The position numbers and the translations under genes are program-made. The notes beneath the pieces were generated by a model. It was not told where the DNA came from and ran no database searches. It saw only the letters and a list, made by a program, of their open reading frames with translations. Below are positions 1-10,163 of a stretch of DNA of 64,000 nt, one piece after another (within the stretch, counting starts at the first letter, position 1; each line of letters starts with the position of its first letter). Source of the DNA: an uncultured Bacteroidia bacterium (GTDB lineage Bacteria > Bacteroidota > Bacteroidia > Bacteroidales > UBA932); NCBI GenBank assembly GCA_902788175.1, contig CADAJF010000007.1, positions 34,775 through 98,774 of the forward strand, given 5' to 3'.

Positions 1-1
1 C

Positions 2-343
2 AGCGCCTGGTACGCGCTGGAGTGCCAGAAGCGGCCTGTAGTGTGGATTGTGGGCGGAACGGACAAGGGGAACGACTACAGCATCCTGAATGACCTTGTG
101 CGCGAAAAGGTGAAAGCCATCGTGTGCCTGGGCATAGACAACAGCAAGATTCACGCAGCTTTCGGGGACATGGTTTCCCGGATAGAGGATGCCGGATCCG
201 CCCAGGAGGCCGTGCAGAAGGCAGCCCGCCTCTCCGCCCCCGGCGACGTGGTGCTCCTGAGCCCCTGCTGCGCCAGCTTTGACCTTTTCAAGAACTATGA
301 AGACCGCGGCGAGCAGTTCAAGGCTGCCGTCCGAAGCTTATAA
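2..343 (+). CDS. murD: UDP-N-acetylmuramoyl-L-alanine--D-glutamate ligase (3' part, truncated by window edge)
   Basis: C-terminal MurD motifs GGTDKG and LLSPCCASFDLFKNYEDRG; lies directly before ftsW. Confidence 0.95.
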   Translation, partial: SAWYALECQKRPVVWIVGGTDKGNDYSILNDLVREKVKAIVCLGIDNSKIHAAFGDMVSRIEDAGSAQEAVQKAARLSAPGDVVLLSPCCASFDLFKNYEDRGEQFKAAVRSL

Positions 344-348
344 ACACT

Positions 349-1725
349 ATGGAGCAGGAAAAGACCAACGGCAGTTTTCTGGGACACCTGACCAGTTTCA
401 TGGACCGGTTCAGCGGGGATAAGGTTATTCTCCTTATCGCCCTGTTCCTCATGCTCATCTCCGTGATATCGGTCTTTTCCAGTACACCGCGCCTTGCCAA
501 CGACACAGGCAGCGACCGCATCTCCATCATGATAGACCAACTCAAGGTAGTGGCGCTGGGCTTTGTCATCATCTTCAGCTTTTACTACTTCGGGAGGGTG
601 GAATGGTATCGCAGGCTGTCCATGTTCGGCTTTGGGCTCAGTTTCGGCATCCTGGTTATCCTGGTCCTGAAACTGAACCTGGGCGTAGTCAAGGCCGGTT
701 CCATCAACGGCGCCTGGCGCATCCTCATTGTGGCCGGCAAACAGTTCCACGTGTACGAGTTTGTGAAACTGTTCATGATCATGTACCTGGGCTGGGCGCT
801 GGACACGTTCAAAAACGGCCAGTTCCGCTGGGCGCCCTTCGTCGCCCGGCACAGCAGCCGCCTCTCCTTCCTGCAAAAGGATATCTGGCTCAAGATAGTC
901 TATATCTACCTGCCCCTTGTCTTGATTACCGTGATGGTGAGCGTGGGCTCCAACTCATCGGCCCTGTTCATGGGAGGCATCATGGTGCTGATGGTGCTGG
1001 TGGGCGGCCTGGACTTCCGCGACGTAGCATGGGTGGGTGTCGTCCTGGCGGTGGCCTTCGGCTGCATGTTCGGGGCCTACAAGATGGGCATCCTCAAGGA
1101 TACCCGCCTGGGAACCCTTGTGAGCCGCATCACCAACGACGACGACAAAACCATGGAAAAGCTCATTGCCAGCAAACGCGAATCGCTGGAATGGCGGCAG
1201 GCCCGTGGAAAACTGGACCAGCCTGTAGGCGCCCTCCTGGCCATCAAGGAAGGCGGCGTGATGGGTAAGGGTATCGGCAACAGCACCCAGAAATACCAGG
1301 TCCCCGTCATATTCGGGGACTACATGTTCAGCTTCATAGTGGAAGAGACTGGCCTTTGGGGCGCTCTCATCCTCATCCTTCTCTACTTCAGCCTCCTGGC
1401 CCGCGGGACCATGGTGGCCAAGGAATGTAACCGCTATTTCGACAAGGTGATCATCACCGGGCTCATCATCCTGGTCACCGGACAGGCGTTCATGCACATG
1501 GCTGTGAACGTACACCTGCCCCTGGTACCCCAGACGGGACAGACCCTGCCTCTGGTGAGCCATGGCACCAACGCCTTCCTGGTATTCAGCGTCGTGTTCG
1601 GCATCCTGCTGTCCATATCCAAGGACGCCCGCGAGAACATGGCACGCCGTGAGGAGGAGGCTGCCCCCATCTTCGAGCACCATCACGCAGACACGCAGGA
1701 CTGGACCCAAGACAGCACAGTATAA
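349..1725 (+). CDS. ftsW: SEDS-family cell division protein FtsW
   Basis: Multi-TM protein with INGAWR, GKGIGNS, DYMFSFIVEETG and TGQTLPLVSHG motifs; between murD and murG. Confidence 0.93.
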   Translation: MEQEKTNGSFLGHLTSFMDRFSGDKVILLIALFLMLISVISVFSSTPRLANDTGSDRISIMIDQLKVVALGFVIIFSFYYFGRVEWYRRLSMFGFGLSFGILVILVLKLNLGVVKAGSINGAWRILIVAGKQFHVYEFVKLFMIMYLGWALDTFKNGQFRWAPFVARHSSRLSFLQKDIWLKIVYIYLPLVLITVMVSVGSNSSALFMGGIMVLMVLVGGLDFRDVAWVGVVLAVAFGCMFGAYKMGILKDTRLGTLVSRITNDDDKTMEKLIASKRESLEWRQARGKLDQPVGALLAIKEGGVMGKGIGNSTQKYQVPVIFGDYMFSFIVEETGLWGALILILLYFSLLARGTMVAKECNRYFDKVIITGLIILVTGQAFMHMAVNVHLPLVPQTGQTLPLVSHGTNAFLVFSVVFGILLSISKDARENMARREEEAAPIFEHHHADTQDWTQDSTV

Positions 1726-2874
1726 ATGGAATACAAGGCATTAAGAGTCATTATCAGCGGAGGCGGTACGGGAGGGCACATCTTCCCGGCCGTATCCATC
1801 GCGAACAAGCTCAAGGAGCTGTGCCCCGCCACGGAAATCCTCTTTGTGGGGGCCGAGGGAAAAATGGAAATGGAAAAGGTTCCGGCCGAAGGTTACCGCA
1901 TCGTGGGCCTTCCCATGCTGGGCATGCAGCGGCACTTTTCCTTCCGCAACCTGGTCAACAACCTCTCCCTACCCTTCCGGATATGGGACAGCGTGCGCCG
2001 CGCCAAAAGCATAGTCCGGGAATTCAAGCCGGACGTGGCCGTGGGCGTGGGCGGCTTTGCCAGCGCTCCCCTGCTGTGGGCAGCTACCGGCATGAAGATT
2101 CCCGCCGTAATCCAGGAGCAGAACGGCTTTGCCGGCCTTACCAACAAACTGCTGGGTAACCGCGTGCAGTCCATCTGCGTGGCCTACGAAGGCATGGAGA
2201 AGTTCTTCCCGGCCCAGAAGATTGTCCTTTCCGGGAATCCCATCCGCGCCGCCGTTTCGCAGCCCGCAACTGAGCAGGTGAAGGCCGAAGCCATGGAGTT
2301 CTACGGGCTGGACCCTGCCAAAAAGCACCTGTTTGTGGTGGGCGGAAGCCTTGGCAGCGGCACGCTGAACCGCGCCATGAAGCACTGGATCCAGGACGGC
2401 TGTCCGGACGGGGAAGAGACCGAAGTGATCTGGCAGTGCGGCAAATACTATAAGAAGGAGATTGACACCTTCATGGAGAAGCACCCCGAGGTGCAGGGCA
2501 TCCGCCACTACGACTTCATTGCCCGGATGGACCTAGCCTACGCCGCGGCCGATGTAGTGATTTCCCGCAGCGGCGCCAGTACCGTCAGCGAGCTCTGCGC
2601 CATGGGAAAGGCCAGCGTCTTCGTCCCCTCCCCCAACGTGGCCGAAGACCACCAGACCCACAACGCCATGGCCCTGGTGCGCAAGGACGCCGCCATGCTG
2701 GTCAAGGACGCCGAAGCCCTGGACGAGCTCCTGCCCACGGCCCTTGGCCTGGCGCGTAATCCGGAGCGCATAGCCACCCTGGAGCGCAACGCCCGGGGAA
2801 TGGCCCTCACAAACGCCGCACAGGTCATCTGCGACGAAATATATAAAGTGGTTGAATCAAAGGCAAGAGTATGA
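1726..2874 (+). CDS. murG: Lipid II N-acetylglucosaminyltransferase MurG
   Basis: GGGTGGHIFP, QEQN, GGSLG, SRSGAST and HQTHNA motifs. Confidence 0.97.
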   Translation: MEYKALRVIISGGGTGGHIFPAVSIANKLKELCPATEILFVGAEGKMEMEKVPAEGYRIVGLPMLGMQRHFSFRNLVNNLSLPFRIWDSVRRAKSIVREFKPDVAVGVGGFASAPLLWAATGMKIPAVIQEQNGFAGLTNKLLGNRVQSICVAYEGMEKFFPAQKIVLSGNPIRAAVSQPATEQVKAEAMEFYGLDPAKKHLFVVGGSLGSGTLNRAMKHWIQDGCPDGEETEVIWQCGKYYKKEIDTFMEKHPEVQGIRHYDFIARMDLAYAAADVVISRSGASTVSELCAMGKASVFVPSPNVAEDHQTHNAMALVRKDAAMLVKDAEALDELLPTALGLARNPERIATLERNARGMALTNAAQVICDEIYKVVESKARV

Positions 2875-4253
2875 AATACGTCTATTTGATTGGTATCGGG
2901 GGCATCGGGATGAGTGCCCTGGCCCGTTATTATAAGTTCAGGGGCTATCAGGTAGCCGGTTATGACCGTACACCGTCAGACCTTACTTTCGAGTTGGAAA
3001 GGGAGGGCATAGACGTTCACTACCAGGACCTCCCGGAAATGCTTCCCGCCGACAAGAACGAGACGCTGGTCATCTACACCCCCGCCGTCCCGGAAGACCT
3101 GGCAGAGCTTGTGAAAGCCCGCGAGGAAGGCTACCTTCTCCTCAAGCGCTCCCGCACACTGGGCGAGATAGCCAAGATGCATCGCTGCCTGGCCGTTGCC
3201 GGCACCCACGGGAAAACCACCACCTCCACCCTCATCGCCCACATCCTCACCCATAGCGGAGAGGGTTGCAACGCTTTCCTGGGGGGTATTTCCCGCAACT
3301 ACGGCACCAACCTCCTCACCAGCGAGAACAACACCCTGGTGGCCGAGGCCGACGAGTTTGACCGCTCCTTCCTGCAGCTCTTCCCGGAGATTGCCGTCAT
3401 CACCGCAGTGGACGCAGACCACCTGGACATCTACGGCGACTACGCCCATGTGGTGGAAGCCTTCAAGGCCTTCGCATCGCAGGTGAGCGGCACCCTCATC
3501 ACCAAGAAAGGCATCCCCGTGGGGCCGGAAGACACCAAGGCCCGCGTGCTTACCTACCACTATACGGATACATCGGCCCACTTCCATGCCATCAATCCCC
3601 ATCCGGACGAGTGCGGTTACTTCCACTACGACCTGCACACCCCGGACGGCGTGCTGGAGGACTTCCGCGTGGGCACCCCCGGCTGGGTGAACGCAGAGAA
3701 CAGCGTGGCGGCCGCTGCCGTTGCCCTCTGCTACGGAATTGATCCGGAGGCCGTGAAGGCTGCCATCGCCTGCTTCGAAGGCGTGAAAAGGCGCCTGGAA
3801 GTGCACGTGAATACGCCCGGTCTCTCCTACATAGACGACTATGCCCACCATCCGGCCGAGCTATCCTCCGCCATCTCCTCCATGCGCGACATCTTCCCCG
3901 GACGCAAGATTACGGCCGTTTTCCAGCCGCACCTCTACACGCGTACGCGGGATTTCGCGCCGGAGTTTGCCGCCGCGCTCTCGAAGGTGGACAAGCTGAT
4001 CCTGCTGGATATCTACCCTGCGCGCGAAGAGCCCATCCCCGGTGTCACCTCCGAGATGATTTTCAAGGATGTGACCGCTCCGGAAAAAGTACTCCTCAAA
4101 AAAGAAGAACTTATGGACTACCTCTCCGGGGAGAAGCTGGACGTGGTGGCCACTTTCGGAGCAGGCAACATAGACCGCTACATTGAACCTATCACTGGGC
4201 TGGCCAAAAGCCGCCTGCAAGTCTCTCCTCCGAGGGAAGGGGGTAACGTATAA
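2871..4253 (+). CDS. murC: UDP-N-acetylmuramate--L-alanine ligase
   Basis: GIGGIGMS, AGTHGKTTT, EADEFD, DDYAHHP and FQPHLYTRT motifs. Confidence 0.97.
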   Translation: MKYVYLIGIGGIGMSALARYYKFRGYQVAGYDRTPSDLTFELEREGIDVHYQDLPEMLPADKNETLVIYTPAVPEDLAELVKAREEGYLLLKRSRTLGEIAKMHRCLAVAGTHGKTTTSTLIAHILTHSGEGCNAFLGGISRNYGTNLLTSENNTLVAEADEFDRSFLQLFPEIAVITAVDADHLDIYGDYAHVVEAFKAFASQVSGTLITKKGIPVGPEDTKARVLTYHYTDTSAHFHAINPHPDECGYFHYDLHTPDGVLEDFRVGTPGWVNAENSVAAAAVALCYGIDPEAVKAAIACFEGVKRRLEVHVNTPGLSYIDDYAHHPAELSSAISSMRDIFPGRKITAVFQPHLYTRTRDFAPEFAAALSKVDKLILLDIYPAREEPIPGVTSEMIFKDVTAPEKVLLKKEELMDYLSGEKLDVVATFGAGNIDRYIEPITGLAKSRLQVSPPREGGNV

Positions 4254-4271
4254 CATTAATTGTTTCATGGA

Positions 4272-5060
4272 ATGAAACCTATTTTCCGGCGGGGGCTTGG
4301 CCTCCTGACAATCCTGCTTTGCGGCTTTATCTGGCTGCTTTCGACCGGTATGGCCGGGCGGCAGCGCCGTGCCAGGACCTGCCAGGGAAAAGGCAGCCTG
4401 GACGTCATCATCACCGACAGCCTGGAACGTCACTTTGTCACCCGCGAGGAAGTGGAGCTCTGGCTGGACCAGGAGTACCGCGCCTACGCCGGCCTGCCGC
4501 TGGACAGCGTGAACCTGGACCTGATTGAGAAGATGATCTGCAGCCACAGCGCCGTGCGTGACTGCGAGAGCTGGCTCACCGACGACGGAATCCTCCACAT
4601 TGCCCTTAGCCAGCGCCAGCCGGTCATGCGCTTCCAGGACGGCCAGAACGGCTATTACGCCGACTCCGAAGGCTTCCTGTTCCCGCTCCAGTCGCGCGGC
4701 AGCGTGCAGGTGCCCGTGGTGGACGGGGCCCTTCCCATCAGCGTCCCCAAGGGATTCAAGGGAGAACTGGCAGACTCTACGCAGCGCCTGTGGCTCTCCC
4801 GCATGCTCTCGCTCGCACACGCCATGGAAGGGACCCTCTGGCAGGAAAACATCAGCCAGATTCACGTGGAAAAGGACGGGGACCTGGTGCTTATCCCCCG
4901 CGAAGGCCGGGAAAGGTTCCTGTTTGGCGCGCCCACGCGGGTTCCGGAAAAGTTCCGCCTCATGGCCGCCTATTATGAAAGCGTAGCCCCCGCCAAGGAG
5001 CCCGGCTGGTATTCCCTGGTGGACGTACGCCACCGTAAGCAATTGGTTTGCCGAAAATAA
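4272..5060 (+). CDS. ftsQ: Cell division protein FtsQ (Bacteroidota type)
   Basis: Single N-terminal TM then a POTRA-like region (QRQPVMR); between murC and ftsA; start ATG chosen at 4272. Confidence 0.8.
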   Translation: MKPIFRRGLGLLTILLCGFIWLLSTGMAGRQRRARTCQGKGSLDVIITDSLERHFVTREEVELWLDQEYRAYAGLPLDSVNLDLIEKMICSHSAVRDCESWLTDDGILHIALSQRQPVMRFQDGQNGYYADSEGFLFPLQSRGSVQVPVVDGALPISVPKGFKGELADSTQRLWLSRMLSLAHAMEGTLWQENISQIHVEKDGDLVLIPREGRERFLFGAPTRVPEKFRLMAAYYESVAPAKEPGWYSLVDVRHRKQLVCRK

Positions 5061-5072
5061 AAACACAGCTAT

Positions 5073-6518
5073 ATGGAAGAGAAGTACATTGCCTCGATTG
5101 ACCTGGGAAGTTCAAAATTCGGACTTTGCGTCGCCCGCGTGAACGGCGAAGACATCCAGATTGTGTATTACAAGGAAACGCCCTCCGAGGGTATCCGCAC
5201 CAGCCTCATTGCCAATCCCATGAAGGCGGCCAGCCGCCTCAAGGAAGCCATCCAGGAGGCCGAGAAAGAGCTTATGATCCAGATCCTGCAGGTGGTGGTG
5301 GGCATGCCCCGCAGTGAGGTGGCGCAGGTGACTGCATCGGCCCGCATAGAGCGCACCAACGCCGATGACTATATCACCACCGAGGAGGTGCAGAACCTCA
5401 AGTCCATCGCGCTGGAGACCTATCCCCTCTCCAACCCCGACAAGCAGATCATGTACGGCGCCGTGGCCCAGTCCTTCTCCATCGACGACGAGATCCAGCT
5501 GGTGGAGAGCGAGGTGGTGGGAACGCTCAGCTCCTCGCTGGAAGGCAATTTCAAGGTGTTTGTGGGCAACCGCAGCGCCACCACGGCCCTGGACAAGATC
5601 TTCAACCAGCTGGACATTGCCATCGCGAAGAAATACTTCCTGCCGGAAGTGGTGGCCAGGGCCGTCCTCACCGACGACGAGATGGCCAGCGGCGTGGCCC
5701 TGGTGGACGTTGGTGCCGGCGTAACATCCGTTGCCATCTACCACGGCGGCATCATGCGCTACTATGCTTCCATCCCCTTCGGCGGGAAAGTCATTACCAA
5801 TGACATCCGCACGGAATGCTCCGTTTCCGAAGACCTGGCGGAAAAGATCAAACGCCGCTTTGGCGCCTGCCTGCCCGGCAAGCTGGCCACGCTCAGCGAA
5901 AAAGTGCTGCAGATACGTCTGGAACCGCCCTTCAAGGAAGTTCCGGTCCGCTACATCTCCGAGATTATCGACTGCCGCTGCCATGAAATCATCGAGGCGG
6001 TGCTCTACTATATCCAGGAAAGCGGCCTGCAGAATTCCCTGCGCAGCGGCCTGGTGGTCACCGGCGGCGGGGCCGAGCTGGCCAACTTCGTTCCGCTGGT
6101 GAAGGAAATGTCCGGGTACGAGGTGCGCAAGGGCTATCCCCGCTATATGTTCTCCGCCTCCGTGGGAAGCGGAGTGTACTCTACCGGCGCCACATCGGCC
6201 ATAGGAATGGTGCTCTGCGCCAAGGAAGACCACCTGCCGGACTGCGTAACCCGTCCCATCATCCCCGAAGAGCCCGTAGAGGTGGAGATGGTGGAAGTAG
6301 AGGTGGAGGTCCAGGAGGAAACTCCCGTTACCCCGGAACTGCTCTTTGCCCCCGAGGAGTTCGGAGACCCCGTCCCCAAGGTGGAAACGACGCCCAAACC
6401 CAAGACCCAGAAGGTGAAAGTGCCCAAAAAGGAAGGAACCGGCATCCTGTCCATCTTCTGGAGCAAGGTGGAGAAAACCGCACTGAAAGTTTACGACAAA
6501 GCCAACGAGGAGGAATAA
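5073..6518 (+). CDS. ftsA: Cell division protein FtsA
   Basis: IDLGSSK, VDVGAGVT and VVTGGGA actin-fold motifs; acidic C-terminal linker. Confidence 0.95.
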   Translation: MEEKYIASIDLGSSKFGLCVARVNGEDIQIVYYKETPSEGIRTSLIANPMKAASRLKEAIQEAEKELMIQILQVVVGMPRSEVAQVTASARIERTNADDYITTEEVQNLKSIALETYPLSNPDKQIMYGAVAQSFSIDDEIQLVESEVVGTLSSSLEGNFKVFVGNRSATTALDKIFNQLDIAIAKKYFLPEVVARAVLTDDEMASGVALVDVGAGVTSVAIYHGGIMRYYASIPFGGKVITNDIRTECSVSEDLAEKIKRRFGACLPGKLATLSEKVLQIRLEPPFKEVPVRYISEIIDCRCHEIIEAVLYYIQESGLQNSLRSGLVVTGGGAELANFVPLVKEMSGYEVRKGYPRYMFSASVGSGVYSTGATSAIGMVLCAKEDHLPDCVTRPIIPEEPVEVEMVEVEVEVQEETPVTPELLFAPEEFGDPVPKVETTPKPKTQKVKVPKKEGTGILSIFWSKVEKTALKVYDKANEEE

Positions 6519-6521
6519 GCC

Positions 6522-7763
6522 ATGACTTACGACATCGACAACAACATCGTCCCCAGCGACTGGAACGCAGAGAACGCCCTGATCAAGGTGGTGGGCGTGG
6601 GTGGCGGCGGCTGCAACGCCGTCAACTACATGTATCGGCAGAATATCCAGGGGTGCAGTTTCATCGTGTGCAATACGGACGCACAGGCCCTTCAGATCAG
6701 TGAAGTGCCGGTCAAGATCCAGATGGGCTCCAACGGCCTGGGCGCGGGCACGGACCCCACCGCCGGCCGCAATGCCGCCCTGGAATCCCAGGACGAGATT
6801 GCCCGCAAGGTGCTGGACTGCGGCACGCAGATGCTCTTTATCACCGCCGGCATGGGCGGTGGCACGGGAACAGGCGCCTCGCCGGTCATTGCCAAGATGG
6901 CCAAGGACCGCGGCATCCTCACCGTGGCCGTTGTCACCATCCCCTTCAAGAACGAGGGCAACGAGTCCCAGTCCAAGGCCGTGGACGGCATCCACGAGCT
7001 GGAGAAGAACGTGGACTCGCTCCTGATTATCAACAACCAGAAGCTGTACCAGTTCTTCGGCGATACACTCATCCAGGAAGCCTTCCCCAAGGCCGATGAA
7101 GTGCTGGCCACGGCAGTCCGCGGCATCATCGAGGTCATCAGCTGCCCCGGCTACATCAACGTGGACTTCCAGGATGTGTGCAAGATGATGCGGAACTCCG
7201 GCATGGCGCTGATGGGAAGCGGTGAGGGAAGCGGCCCCACCAGGCTGGAACAGGCCGTCAAGGGCGCTTTCGAGAGCCCGCTGCTCAATGACTTCGACCT
7301 CAAGACCGCCAAGAACGTCCTCATCAACATCACCACCGGCAACAACGAGCAGGGTGCCAAAATGAGCGACCTGGAGAAAATAGACGACATGATTGCCGAA
7401 TATACCGGCGACGCCAACCGCTTCAAGAAAGGCATCATCTGGGACAATGACCCCGCCTTCGGAGACAAGGTGCGCATCACTGCCATCGTGACCGGTTTCG
7501 AGATGAACCTGGAAGGCCTGGGGCTCAACAAGGACCTCGGGAACCTGATCATCATCGACGAAGGCTTCCAGTGGGACGTACCCCTCCACGGCGAGGAAGT
7601 CACCCTCCCTTCAGGTGCCGACACCATCAAAATCGGCTACAACAACTCGGAGAACGCCAAGTACTTCAACTTTGCCAGTGAGAAAAAGCCCGTCCTGTGC
7701 ATCTCCCCCGGCGAGCGCAAGGCCGACCTCGAAAACATCCCTGCCATCCGCCGCAAGCACTAG
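6522..7763 (+). CDS. ftsZ: Cell division protein FtsZ
   Basis: GVGGGGCNAV, NTDAQAL, GMGGGTGTG and INVDF motifs; C-terminal IPAIRR. Confidence 0.98.
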   Translation: MTYDIDNNIVPSDWNAENALIKVVGVGGGGCNAVNYMYRQNIQGCSFIVCNTDAQALQISEVPVKIQMGSNGLGAGTDPTAGRNAALESQDEIARKVLDCGTQMLFITAGMGGGTGTGASPVIAKMAKDRGILTVAVVTIPFKNEGNESQSKAVDGIHELEKNVDSLLIINNQKLYQFFGDTLIQEAFPKADEVLATAVRGIIEVISCPGYINVDFQDVCKMMRNSGMALMGSGEGSGPTRLEQAVKGAFESPLLNDFDLKTAKNVLINITTGNNEQGAKMSDLEKIDDMIAEYTGDANRFKKGIIWDNDPAFGDKVRITAIVTGFEMNLEGLGLNKDLGNLIIIDEGFQWDVPLHGEEVTLPSGADTIKIGYNNSENAKYFNFASEKKPVLCISPGERKADLENIPAIRRKH

Positions 7764-7840
7764 AGAGCTTCCGGACGGCATAAAAGGGATAGCCTCACGA
7801 AGCCCTCAAAAAGAGGCGTAGAAAGCGCCAGATACGGCCT

Positions 7841-9514
7841 TTACTTACGGCCAAGGGTTTGGGCGGCATAGCCCATGCGGCGGGCAAATTCCTTGCGGCC
7901 GATGAAGGAGAGGATATCGGCGATACCGAGGCCGCTGGCGGCGCCGGTGAGGGCCAGGCGAAGGCTGTTCATGACCTTGCCCATGGGGTACTCCTGCTGC
8001 TTGATATAGTTCACGATGGCCGCTTCCAGGGCTTCGCGCGTCATGGGACCGCGGTAGCTGTCCAGGTCGTCGAAGCCGAAGGCTGCGCCGGTGATGTACT
8101 GGCATACCTCGAAGCAGTACTCGTAGTGGTCTTCCTTCCAGAACTTCTCTACGTCCTTCTGCACAAACTCCTTAGGGGCTTTGAAAAGCGGGAGGGCGAT
8201 GTCCCAAAGATCGGCCACGAAGGTGGCGCGCTCCTGAGTAAGGGCAACTACGGCCTCCACGTACTCACGGGTAAAGATAGCGTTTCCAAAGTCCGCGCCC
8301 ATACCCTCGAAGCTGGCACCGGCCGTCAAGGCGTTGCAGGGGCAGGCCACCACCTGGCAGCCATGCTCTTCCAGGACGGGAAGAAGCAGGCCCGCGAGCT
8401 CCTGCGGGCTTTTCATGCGCAGGTACTCCTTGTTGAACCACTTGGCCTTTTCCAGGTTGAAACGGGCGCCGGAACGGATGACGCGGTCCAGCGAGAAGAC
8501 AGGGACCAACTCCTCAATGGTGTACAGCTCCCTTTCCCCACCGGGGTTCCAGCCCAGGAAAGCCAGCAGGTTCACGAAGGCCTCCGGGAAGTAGCCGTCC
8601 TCCCTGTAGCCGCGGGAAACCTCCCCTGTCTCGGGGTTTTCCCAGCGAAGGGGGAATACCGGGAAGCCCAGACGGTCTCCGTCCCGTTTTGAAAGCTTAC
8701 CCTTTCCGTCCGGCTTGAGCAGCAGGGACAGGTGGGCAAAGCGCGGCATGGTATCCAGCCAGCCAAACGCCTCATACAGAAGGTAGTGTAGCGGCAGCGA
8801 AGGCAGCCACTCCTCCCCGCGGATTACCTCGGTCACTTCCATCAGGTGGTCGTCCACTATGTTGGCCAGGTGGTAGGTGGGAAGTTCATCGGCGCGCTTC
8901 CAGAGAACTTTGTCGTCCAGGGTGTCGGTGCTCACTTCCACGTGGCCGCGGATGAGGTCTTCCATCTGGACGGTACGCCCCTGGGGCATCTTGAAGCGGA
9001 TGGTCCAGTCCGTGGTGCTTTCCAGCAGGCGAGCGGTCTCCTCCTTGGGCAGGGTGAGGGAATTGCGCAGGCTGCCGCGGGTGGCGGCGTTGTACATGAA
9101 GGTTTCCTTGCGGGACTCAGCTTCCTGCCGGCGGTCATTCAGCTCCTGCGCCGAGTCAAAGGCATAGTAAGCCCAGCCGCTTTCCACCAGCTGCTCTGCG
9201 TACTGCCGATAGATAGGGCGCCGCTGGCTTTGCCGATAAGGGGCGTGGGGATGCTTCTCGCTGGGCGTCTCCACTACCTTTCCGCTGGCGTCCACGCCTT
9301 CATCCGGGATGATGCCACACCACGTAAGTGCCTCAATGATATACTGTTCTGCGCCGGGGACAAAACGATTGGAATCCGTATCCTCGATGCGGATGATAAA
9401 GTCTCCTCCCTTCTGTTTGGCATACAGGTAATTGTACAAGGCAGTACGTACGCCGCCCATGTGGAGCGGGCCAGTGGGAGACGGGGCAAATCTTACGCGG
9501 GTTTTTCTTTCCAT
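7841..9514 (-). CDS. gltX: Glutamate--tRNA ligase
   Basis: RFAPSPTGPLHMGG, RIEDTD, VIRGEEW and KLSKR motifs. Confidence 0.97.
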   Translation of the reverse strand: MERKTRVRFAPSPTGPLHMGGVRTALYNYLYAKQKGGDFIIRIEDTDSNRFVPGAEQYIIEALTWCGIIPDEGVDASGKVVETPSEKHPHAPYRQSQRRPIYRQYAEQLVESGWAYYAFDSAQELNDRRQEAESRKETFMYNAATRGSLRNSLTLPKEETARLLESTTDWTIRFKMPQGRTVQMEDLIRGHVEVSTDTLDDKVLWKRADELPTYHLANIVDDHLMEVTEVIRGEEWLPSLPLHYLLYEAFGWLDTMPRFAHLSLLLKPDGKGKLSKRDGDRLGFPVFPLRWENPETGEVSRGYREDGYFPEAFVNLLAFLGWNPGGERELYTIEELVPVFSLDRVIRSGARFNLEKAKWFNKEYLRMKSPQELAGLLLPVLEEHGCQVVACPCNALTAGASFEGMGADFGNAIFTREYVEAVVALTQERATFVADLWDIALPLFKAPKEFVQKDVEKFWKEDHYEYCFEVCQYITGAAFGFDDLDSYRGPMTREALEAAIVNYIKQQEYPMGKVMNSLRLALTGAASGLGIADILSFIGRKEFARRMGYAAQTLGRK

Positions 9515-9534
9515 TATTCTCTGCGATTAAACTG

Positions 9535-9542
9535 CAAACTTA
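9535..9542 (-). promoter_or_regulatory. Bacteroidota -7 promoter box (TAAGTTTG) for gltX
   Basis: Matches TAnnTTTG about 20 nt upstream of the gltX ATG. Confidence 0.7.
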
Positions 9543-9577
9543 CATAAAATTTTTGTAAGTTTGTATAATCTCCCCCG

Positions 9578-10024
9578 CTACTTTAAAACAGTTCCGTCCG
9601 GGAGGATTCTCAGGCGTGCCTCCATCTCTGTGAAACGTTTCTCGCAGTCCAGCTCGTAGTATTCCACGGGCTTCTCGCTGCTGAGGAAGTGGTCTGCGTC
9701 GTCAATGTACCAGCCGCTTCCCAGCAGGGACATGGCGGCATCGGAAACCACGGCAGGCACCATACGGACAGGAAGGTCCGTCTTTGTACGCAGCCAAGTG
9801 CCGTCCTGGCTGAACCAGGCTTCTTTTTCATAACCGTCCTGGTAAAACTCCGCCTTCAGGAGGCCGCCGTATTCCTGTTCCCATTCCACAAAACGGGCAT
9901 TGGGAAACATTTCGGAGAAGGTCTTCTGGGGCTCCGACGGGAGGTGAGGAAAGAAATTTGATTTCTGGCAGGCCACCAGTGTCAAGGCCGCGGCCGCAAA
10001 AGCAAGAAGCATCAATTTTTTCAT
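9578..10024 (-). CDS. PepSY-like (beta-lactamase-inhibitor-like) lipoprotein
   Basis: Lipobox LVAC; FPNARFVEWE...AEF...EAWF..DGTW pattern resembling Bacteroidota PepSY-like repeats. Confidence 0.7.
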   Translation of the reverse strand: MKKLMLLAFAAAALTLVACQKSNFFPHLPSEPQKTFSEMFPNARFVEWEQEYGGLLKAEFYQDGYEKEAWFSQDGTWLRTKTDLPVRMVPAVVSDAAMSLLGSGWYIDDADHFLSSEKPVEYYELDCEKRFTEMEARLRILPDGTVLK

Positions 10025-10056
10025 AGCAGTCCAGTCTTAAAAAACGTTTATTCGTG

Positions 10057-10064
10057 CAAATGTA
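10057..10064 (-). promoter_or_regulatory. -7 promoter box (TACATTTG) for the PepSY-like gene
   Basis: TAnnTTTG consensus in AT-rich intergenic DNA. Confidence 0.6.
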
Positions 10065-10163
10065 ATAAAAAAACGTTATTCTTCCTGAGGAGTGTGGCAG
10101 GATAATTTGGCATTTTGCGCTGAAATTCGTACTTTTACGAAATTATAAGACCCTAAACCTGAT

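Noticed and set aside
4222-4253. murC 3' tail (QVSPPREGGNV) with a weak CTCTCCTCC/GGGAAGGGG hairpin
   Set aside because: Could be another repeat-derived tail, but the pairing is short and imperfect and cannot be told from chance.
5112-7589. 825-aa ORF antisense to ftsA/ftsZ, and similar long antisense ORFs (12160-13542, 21070-22524, 39823-41943, 42172-44052, 46934-48487)
   Set aside because: Shadow ORFs expected from high GC3 codon bias; they overlap clear genes on the opposite strand and have no recognisable motifs.
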